From Dehalococcoidia bacterium (GTDB lineage: Bacteria; Chloroflexota; Dehalococcoidia; Lucifugimonadales; JAGWBF01): a DNA stretch of 64,000 nt. The notes under the pieces were generated by a model. The model was not told the DNA's origin. It ran no database searches and saw only the letters and a program-made list of their open reading frames with translations. A program made the position numbers and the translations under genes. This document shows, one piece after another, positions 57,685 to 64,000 of the stretch. The stretch lies in assembly GCA_965261965.1 (NCBI GenBank), contig OZ253489.1:2459618-2523617 (forward strand), written 5' to 3'. Numbering within the stretch: position 1 is the first letter of the stretch; every line of letters starts with the position of its first letter.

Positions 57685-59346
57685 ATGAACCAGAACACCG
57701 ACTACACGCCCGTGGCCCTCTACGCCAGAGTCTCCAGTGACCGCCAGGACGTGGACCTCTCCATCGCCGCCCAGCTGCGGGCGCTCAGGGACTACGCACA
57801 GAAGAACGGCTACATCGTCTTCCGCGAGTACGTGGATGAGGCCGAGAGCGGGCGCATCGCCGACCGCCCGGAGTTCCGCAAGATGATCGACGCAGCCGCC
57901 AAGGCCAACGGCCCGTTCCGGGAGATTCTGGTCTGGAAGTTCTCCCGCTTCACCCGCAAGCGGGAGCACGCTGTGGCCTTCAAGTCCATGCTCCGGCGCA
58001 AGGGAGTTCGCGTCGTCTCCATCACCGAGCACGCCGACGACACCCCCACCGGCAAGCTCATGGAGGCCATCATCGAGAGCGTGGACGAATTCTACAGCGA
58101 GAACTTGGCCCAGGAGGTCACGAGAGGGATGCGGGAGTCCGCCTCTCGCGGCTTCTGGGTCACCAGCTACGCCCCCTTCGGCTACAACCGGGTGATGGTG
58201 CAGGACGGGCCTAAGAAGCGCCCCACCTTGGAGCCCGACCCGGATGCCTCTCGCGTGGTCAAGCGCATCTTCGACCTTGCCGAGGCCGGCAGCGGAATGA
58301 CGGACATCACCAGGACCCTCAACGGCGAGGGCATCCTTAGCCCAAAGGGAAAGCTCTGGGGCAAGACCAGCGTCCATACCATCCTCATCAACGAGTCCTA
58401 CACGGGGACCCTAGTCTGGGGAGTGAAGGCAAAGGACAACGCCGAGCCAGTGCGGGTGGAGAAGGCGTTCCCCGCCATCGTCACCAAGGCCCAGTTCAGC
58501 CGCGTCAAAAAGCTGATGCACTCTCGCGCACCCAAGACTTCCCATCCCCGTAGGGTCGGGAGCACCTATCTCCTCAGCGGACTGGTCAAGTGCAAGACGT
58601 GCAACAGGGCGCTCAGCGGCCAGGACGCCAAGAGCGGACAGTTTGCCTACTACGTCTGCCAGTCGATCATGAAGCGCGGCAAGGATGCCTGCGACACTCC
58701 CAGACTCAACGCCCGCCGCTTCGAGGAGCTTGTCGTCGACAAGATTCGCTCCAACATCCTCACCGAGGGGAGCATCACGGAGTTGGTGAAGGTGGTGGAC
58801 GAGGAGATGGACGGCATAGCCCAAGACCAGCGCAAGAGGCTTCGGATCATTGAGGATGAGCTTGAGGACGTGAAGCGGCGGCTGGGTCGCATCTGGAACG
58901 TCATCGAGACGAGTGACCTTGATATGGCCGACGCCTCGGACAGGATCAAAGAGCACCGGGAGCGGAAGGAGCGTCTTGAGGATGCGGCGGCGGATGCGAG
59001 AGCGATCCTCTCCGAGCGCAGGGCGCACCTCGACGACGTGAAGACTATCTCCGCCTACGCCAAGGACATGAGGGACTTCCTGAACGAGAGCGAATTAACC
59101 GAGCGCAGGGCCTTCATCGAGTCGTTCGTCAAGGAGATCGTCGTCATGCCCGGCGACGCCCTCATGCGATACACCATCCCCATTTCTCAATCGACACCAA
59201 AATTTGCAGTACTCGTGGGCGGTCGATTTGGATGCGACCGTGTAAGGTCAGGCGGATCGACAGGTGGGCGTGCCACCTCAACCCTGATAGCCGGTTCGAA
59301 CCCTCACAGATGGCCCTATTTTGACGATAGACAGAACCATCTTTGA
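57685..59346 (+). CDS. large serine recombinase (integrase)
   Basis: The start at 57685 follows AAGGAGGA. The resolvase domain is ALYARVSSDRQDVDLSIAAQ, followed by a recombinase domain, a zinc ribbon (CKTCNRAL...YYVCQS) and a long coiled coil. Confidence 0.9.
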   Translation: MNQNTDYTPVALYARVSSDRQDVDLSIAAQLRALRDYAQKNGYIVFREYVDEAESGRIADRPEFRKMIDAAAKANGPFREILVWKFSRFTRKREHAVAFKSMLRRKGVRVVSITEHADDTPTGKLMEAIIESVDEFYSENLAQEVTRGMRESASRGFWVTSYAPFGYNRVMVQDGPKKRPTLEPDPDASRVVKRIFDLAEAGSGMTDITRTLNGEGILSPKGKLWGKTSVHTILINESYTGTLVWGVKAKDNAEPVRVEKAFPAIVTKAQFSRVKKLMHSRAPKTSHPRRVGSTYLLSGLVKCKTCNRALSGQDAKSGQFAYYVCQSIMKRGKDACDTPRLNARRFEELVVDKIRSNILTEGSITELVKVVDEEMDGIAQDQRKRLRIIEDELEDVKRRLGRIWNVIETSDLDMADASDRIKEHRERKERLEDAAADARAILSERRAHLDDVKTISAYAKDMRDFLNESELTERRAFIESFVKEIVVMPGDALMRYTIPISQSTPKFAVLVGGRFGCDRVRSGGSTGGRATSTLIAGSNPHRWPYFDDRQNHL

Positions 59347-59376
59347 GATGTGGCTGGGGGCTCTGCGAGCCTCCGG

Positions 59377-59408
59377 CGTCCCTCGCCTAATGCTTGAGGC
59401 GAGGGACG
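59377..59408. terminator. hairpin between the convergent recombinase and mrr remnant
   Basis: CGTCCCTCGCCT - 8 nt - AGGCGAGGGACG forms a 12-bp perfect stem. Confidence 0.45.
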
Positions 59409-59460
59409 TCTTCACGTAGGTGGCGAGCAAACGGTTGGATCCCTTCGCTAGGACCTCGGT

Positions 59461-59794
59461 TCAGTTCTCCGACTCCTCGACGACAAGCATCCACCCTCGC
59501 TTGAGGGGTAACTCGGCCTGGACCTCCGCGGGTAATCGCTCGTAGGTGCGATAGATGGCCTCGACCAGGTCGCCGCTGTCCCAGAGGCGGGCGCTGAAGT
59601 GCCCAGTCCTCGCTTCCGTAAGGACCACCTTGTTGGAGCCTCCCCAGCAGACCAACAGTCCCTGTTGTGCATTGAACGTCTGCATCGCCCCTTGAAGTGT
59701 CCGATAGATCGTCATGTCGGCCGGGCTGTTCTGCGACTTCACCTGCACGCACAGTCGGGGTTCATCAAGCCCCAGCGAGCCCCGTCCCGCTAAG
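59461..59794 (-). pseudogene. Mrr-like restriction endonuclease, C-terminal remnant
   Basis: The frame reads ..LCVQVKSQNSPADMTIYRTLQGAMQTFNAQQGLLVCWGGSNKVVLTEA...RLWDSGDLVEAI (Mrr_cat pattern). The 5' part is cut off by an IS1380-like end at 59795. Confidence 0.7.
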
Positions 59795-59887
59795 CCCGAA
59801 TCCACCGAAGGACGGCCTTGGGGACAGCCCTTGAAGAAGCTAGAGGGTGCTCCTCTGAATCTGGGATAATGGTTTTGGAACAGAAAC
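59795..59887 (+). mobile_element. solo left end of a diverged IS1380-like element
   Basis: CCCGAATCCACCGAAGGACGG...CTCTGAATCTGGGATAATGGTTTTGGAACAGAAA aligns with the first ~90 nt of the IS at 6944. It is then interrupted. Confidence 0.7.
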
Positions 59888-60690
59888 GAGCGTGTCCCAT
59901 AAACCCTCTTTCCGGGGGTTGGTGAAGGAGTAAGCTGATAGAAACAACAGGTAGGTACGATACTATGGCTTATAAGCTTCTGCGCTGGGAGCGAGACCAG
60001 AGCTACTTGATGCCGCCGTCCATGAGGGATTGGTTGAGCGAGGGTCACCTGGCCTGGTTCATTGTGGATGCAGTAGGGCAGATGGATGTGAGGGAGTTCT
60101 ATGCAGTCTACCGAAGTGATGGCTGGGATGCAGCGGCCTACGATCCGGGAATGATGGTGGCCATCCTGTTGTACGCCTACTGTCTGGGTCTACGGAGTTC
60201 CAGGCGCATAGCCCGTGCTCTCGAGGAAGATGTAGGTTTCCGGGTGGTGGCGGCCAACCGGCAGCCAGACTTCCGTACCATCTGTCGCTTTAGGGCGGAG
60301 CAGGAGGAGGCGATCGAGGAGCTCTTTGTAGAGGTACTGAGGTTATGCCATGAAGCGGGTCTGGTGAAGCTGGGGGTAGTGGTTCTTGATGGGAGGAAGG
60401 TGGCAGCCAACGCGGCGCTGGCCACCAACCGGAGCCACCAGGCCATTGAGGGAAGAAGTGCAGCGCATGTTGGCAGAGGCCAAGGCAGCGGATGCTGAAG
60501 AGGATGGCCATTACGGGTCCTGCCCGGCGAGGGGATGAGCTACCGGAAGGGCTGGGAGGACGTACGGAGCGTCTCAAGCGCCTGAAGGAAGCCAAGGAAC
60601 GTCTGCAGCGGGAGGCTGAAGCAGCAGCCTAGGCTGTCCAAGAGCACGTGGAGCAACGGCGGGCAGAAGAAGAGGCCACAGGCAAAAAGA
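59888..60690 (+). pseudogene. decayed IS1182-family element (5' two-thirds)
   Basis: It has the same terminus, GAGCGTGTCCCATAAACC, and an N-terminus highly similar to 877..2268. A frameshift occurs near 60452 and an in-frame TAG near 60630. Homology is lost after ..TGKKKRE. Confidence 0.8.
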
Positions 60691-60699
60691 AGCGGGAGC

Positions 60700-60870
60700 G
60701 GCCCTCTGTTGAGGAGGCCGGTGGGAAGGCCGCCGAAGAAGCCCATCATCTGGTACGACGACTTCTGGTATCAAGCGGGGAGTTGGGACCGACCGCGTCG
60801 GGTGATAGCCAAGGTAGAATGGCACCAGGGAGAGCTATTCCCTAGAGTGGGCTTCATCGTCACCAATATG
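60700..60870 (+). pseudogene. fragment of an IS4/IS1380-superfamily transposase
   Basis: The isolated peptide YQAGSWDRPRRVIAKVEWHQGELFPRVGFIVTNMS lacks the rest of the gene. Confidence 0.5.
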
Positions 60871-61130
60871 TCGGCTGGCCTCAGGCCGAAGCGGTCTGCC
60901 TGTTCCGCGTCTCCCGCGCGACCGCCGCCAAGTGGGTGCACCTGTCCCGAGATGGCGGGCCGGATGCGTTCCACGACCGCTCCAGCTGTCCCCGGCGCAG
61001 CCCCCGCCAGACCAATCAGCTCCGGGAAGCAGCCATCTCCGGCGCCCGCCAGCAGGGCAGCTATCGCGGAATCAAACCAGCCTCCGGAGAAAGGGCTAGC
61101 AGTTGGCCGTGTACATCGGCTTGATCATCC
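60870..61130 (+). pseudogene. fragment of an IS481/IS3-type transposase N-terminal HTH
   Basis: The frame reads AEAVCLFRVSRATAAKWVHLSRDGGPDAFHDRSSCPRRSPRQT and then shifts. No catalytic domain follows. Confidence 0.5.
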
Positions 61131-61185
61131 TGGTACAGGTTTGACTCGAAGGGGCAGGGTGGCCGAGTATAATCCCGTTGGGGTG

Positions 61186-62208
61186 ATGATGACTCTTCCT
61201 CAAAATAGTCGGTTCGATTTGACCAGCGATTTACCTATTTGCCGCATCCTGAACGGGATGTGGCAGGTCTCCGGCGCTCACGGCGCCATTGACCCCGACG
61301 CTGTTATTCCCAGTATGTTCGACTACGTGGACGCCGGGTTTACCACTTGGGACTTGGCCGACCACTATGGTCCAGCCGAAGATTTCGTCGGCGAGTTCCG
61401 GCACCGGTTGGCCTCGGCCCGCGGCGGGGAAGCCGTGTCCGGCATCCAGGCCTTCACCAAGTGGGTGCCTCGGCCGGGACCCATGACCCGCCAGGTCGTC
61501 GAGAACAACATCGACATCTCCCGCCGCCGCATGGGCATGGACAGGCTGGACCTGCTGCAGTTCCACTGGTGGGACTACCGGGAAAGCGCCTACCTGGAAG
61601 CCCTCACCCACCTGTCCGATCTGCGGGACGAAGGTAAGATTCAGGAGTTGGCCCTGACGAACTTTGACACGCAACGGATGCAGGAGATCGCCGGTCAAGG
61701 GATTCGAGTGGTGTCAAATCAGGTCCAGTATTCCCTGGTCGACCGTCGCCCCGAAGTCGCAATGGTCGGGTTCTGCCGGTCGCATGAGGTCTCGCTGCTG
61801 GCCTACGGGACCCTCTGCGGCGGCCTGCTGTCGGACCTATACCTGGGCCGGCCGGAACCGACTACTGCCGTTTTGAACACCGCGAGCCTGCGCAAGTACA
61901 AGCAGATGATCGACGCCTGGGGAGGCTGGAGCCTATTTCAGCAGTTGCTGGCCGTGCTCAGGACTGTCGCCGACAAGCACAACGCCAGCATCGCCAACGT
62001 CGCGGTGCGATATGTCCTGGACCGTCCGGCCGTCGCCGGCGTCATCATTGGCGCCAGGTTAGGGGTAGCCGAACACATCAATGAGAATGTCCGGGTGTTC
62101 CGCATCCAACTGGACTCCAAAGACGTGGAAGCCATCGAGCGCGTCCTCGGGCAGTCCCGCGACCTCTATCGGATGATCGGCGACTGCGGCGACGAATATC
62201 GCCGGTAA
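61186..62208 (+). CDS. aldo/keto reductase
   Basis: MMTLPQ...ICRILNGMWQVSGAHG...DAGFTTWDLADHYGPAEDFVGEF...LDLLQFHWWD...NFD. The ORF-track 499-aa ORF is read-through from IS debris. GTG 61183 and ATG 61189 are alternative starts. Confidence 0.85.
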   Translation: MMTLPQNSRFDLTSDLPICRILNGMWQVSGAHGAIDPDAVIPSMFDYVDAGFTTWDLADHYGPAEDFVGEFRHRLASARGGEAVSGIQAFTKWVPRPGPMTRQVVENNIDISRRRMGMDRLDLLQFHWWDYRESAYLEALTHLSDLRDEGKIQELALTNFDTQRMQEIAGQGIRVVSNQVQYSLVDRRPEVAMVGFCRSHEVSLLAYGTLCGGLLSDLYLGRPEPTTAVLNTASLRKYKQMIDAWGGWSLFQQLLAVLRTVADKHNASIANVAVRYVLDRPAVAGVIIGARLGVAEHINENVRVFRIQLDSKDVEAIERVLGQSRDLYRMIGDCGDEYRR

Positions 62209-62501
62209 GAGTGGTTCAAGGGAAGGGATAGCCAATAGGCGTCCTATCATCAAGCGTCTCTACGTCCCGCGTCGCGGGATTTGCCGAAGCTCCCGTAGGT
62301 GTAGATGGCCGCTTGGGCCGCCCATGCGGGGTGGCTCCACTCGGCCCCCCAAGGCCATCCACCGCCTTGAGACCTCCGGCCCACCACCTAGCACACGACT
62401 GCACCGTCCTCGCGCAGAGGGCACCGTAATTTCAGTTCTACAAAAAGGCGTAGAGGGCTTATACTTTATGTTTGTGGATTAAGGACTGAAAAGAAAGGAA
62501 A

Positions 62502-64000
62502 TTGAGTACCCGCATAAAAATACTGGTAGGAACTGGTCTGATGGTTGTAGCCATCCTGGCCGCCGGGTGCGGGCAAGACGCCACGGCCACGCCCGTTCCC
62601 ACCCCGACGACGGCGCCCACTATCGCCCCAACGCCCACACCGGCCCCCACCCCTCTCCCAACGCCCACACCGGACAGCGACGCCTACTTCGCCCTCGACC
62701 GCGTTCTGAACATAGAGATCGAAATGGCGCCGGAGGATTGGGACACTCTGCGCCATCAGACCCGCACCTTCGAGGACGTGATGGCGGAAATAGAGGAATA
62801 CGGCCTCTCCCGTCCCTTCGCCAACATCTACACCTGGTTCTCGGGCACCGTAACCGTGGACGGCGAAACCCACTCCAACGTCGGCGTCCGCAAGAAGGGT
62901 TTCCTAGGGTCCCAGAGCGACACCAAGCCGGCGCTGAAGCTCCGGTTTGACAAGTATGTGGATGACCGGTCTCTTGGCGGCGTCATCGAGCGGATGACCC
63001 TGAACAACAGCATCCAGGACGCCTCGATGGTCAACACCTGCCTGACCTACCAGATTTTCGCAGCCGCAGGGTCGCCTTCGCCGCGATGCAATTTCGCTAC
63101 GGTTACGGTGAACGGAAAGAACCTAGGGCTGTATGTTCACACGGAGGAGATCAAGAAGCCCTTCCTGACGCGCCATTTCAATAACGCAGAGGGCAACCTG
63201 TATGAGGGAACGGTAAGCGATTTTACACCCGACTTTCGAGGCACTTTAGAGAAGAAAACCAACGAAGACGCCGACGAGTGGTCGGACATTGACGCTGTGG
63301 TGGCCGCTCTTCAGGACCCGTCGGACGGCGGGCTGGAGGCCTTGGCCAAGGCCGTTGATCTGGACCGCTTCCTGTCCTTCTGGGCCACGGAAGTGCTGGT
63401 GGGTCACTGGGACGGCTATGCTGGCGACCGCAACAACTACCACTTCTACCGGGAACCCGACGGGACCTTTGTGTTCATTCCTTGGGGAGTGGATGACACT
63501 TTCCACCTGAAGGACGACCCCAATCCCTTTGACAACATCAGCAACCCGCCCCCGTCGGTGCTAGCCCTCTCTGCCATTCCCAACCGTCTGTACAGCAATG
63601 CCGACTGGCGATTGAAATACGTCGTCCGCCTGAAAGAACTGCTGGATACCGCCTGGAACGAAGATGAGTTACTGGCAAGCGTTGACCAAATGGCGGCCAT
63701 CGTCCAGCAGCACGCCTTACCCGAAGCCAAGGCAGCGCCAGCCGAAGACACCGGGCGGGTGCAAAAGTTCATTTTGAAGCGGCGGGGCGAAATTCTGGCC
63801 GACATCACGCCGGAACCGCCGGATTGGCCCGAACCCGAAGAGGCCGCCGCGGCTGGGGAAGCAGGCTCCCTGGAACTGAGCTTTGAGACCACCTGGGCAA
63901 GCAACAAGAGCGCCAACCCCTTGGAGCAGGGGGTGGTCACCCGTCTGCTGCTGAATGAAAATGAAGAATCCGTAGATGGCGTGGCCGTCATCGCCGGTCA
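62502..64000 (+). CDS. CotH-like kinase-family lipoprotein (3' end beyond the window)
   Basis: Not in the ORF track. The TTG at 62502 follows AAGAAAGGAA. The lipobox is ILAAGC, followed by a PT linker. The CotH core is GHWDGYAGDRNNYHFYREPDGTFVFIPWGVDDTF. The frame is open to nt 64000. Confidence 0.8.
   Translation, partial: MSTRIKILVGTGLMVVAILAAGCGQDATATPVPTPTTAPTIAPTPTPAPTPLPTPTPDSDAYFALDRVLNIEIEMAPEDWDTLRHQTRTFEDVMAEIEEYGLSRPFANIYTWFSGTVTVDGETHSNVGVRKKGFLGSQSDTKPALKLRFDKYVDDRSLGGVIERMTLNNSIQDASMVNTCLTYQIFAAAGSPSPRCNFATVTVNGKNLGLYVHTEEIKKPFLTRHFNNAEGNLYEGTVSDFTPDFRGTLEKKTNEDADEWSDIDAVVAALQDPSDGGLEALAKAVDLDRFLSFWATEVLVGHWDGYAGDRNNYHFYREPDGTFVFIPWGVDDTFHLKDDPNPFDNISNPPPSVLALSAIPNRLYSNADWRLKYVVRLKELLDTAWNEDELLASVDQMAAIVQQHALPEAKAAPAEDTGRVQKFILKRRGEILADITPEPPDWPEPEEAAAAGEAGSLELSFETTWASNKSANPLEQGVVTRLLLNENEESVDGVAVIAG

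Noticed and set aside
61141-61173. TTGACT ... TATAAT promoter giving a leaderless aldo/keto reductase mRNA.
   Set aside because: The spacer between the two hexamers is 21 nt, too long for a standard sigma70 promoter. The TATAAT alone is not sufficient evidence.
60709-62208. 499-aa ORF treated as one protein.
   Set aside because: The first ~55 aa are a transposase fragment and the next ~100 aa are Pro/Ala/Ser-rich read-through of IS481 debris in the wrong frame. Aldo/keto reductase homology begins at MMTLPQ (61186).

Overview
High-GC (roughly 60%+) bacterial chromosomal segment, possibly Chloroflexota-like judging by its repeat families (not provable here), and dominated by accessory DNA. I saw no rRNA, tRNA or CRISPR array.

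- **1-6.9 kb:** an IS1182-family IS, small exported, membrane and lipoprotein genes, an HsdR_N-like nuclease and an Ogg1-type glycosylase.
- **6.9-27.5 kb:** two identical 1718-bp IS1380-family copies, each with its own 5-bp target duplication. They bracket a triple-domain lipoprotein, an OmpR/HK two-component pair, VapBC, a MarR locus eroded by REP-like repeats, and a ~2000-aa FN3/PKD adhesin broken by a 1-nt frameshift.
- **27.8-37 kb:** a tightly overlapping five-gene operon encoding a C5-methyltransferase fused to a MutY/Mig-like FeS glycosylase, a MORC-like GHKL ATPase, a Z1 P-loop protein, a PD-(D/E)XK protein and an AIPR protein. This is a predicted but mechanistically uncharacterised restriction-like defence system, followed by a second VapBC.
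- **37.9-59.3 kb:** the replication/recombination module of an integrative element, running from a large serine recombinase and XRE/RHH regulators through primase, Rad52, TSCPD, a Cas4-like exonuclease, SSB, RadC and an NPPY methyltransferase to an SNF2-like helicase.
- **Helicase gene:** it is split in its P-loop by a group II intron that also carries a promoter-to-terminator lipoprotein cassette.
- **Also in the element:** an IS110 insertion, phased iteron-like repeats and a recurring intergenic hairpin/box motif.
- **59.4-64 kb:** an mrr remnant, nested IS debris, an aldo/keto reductase and a CotH-like lipoprotein that is open at the window end.
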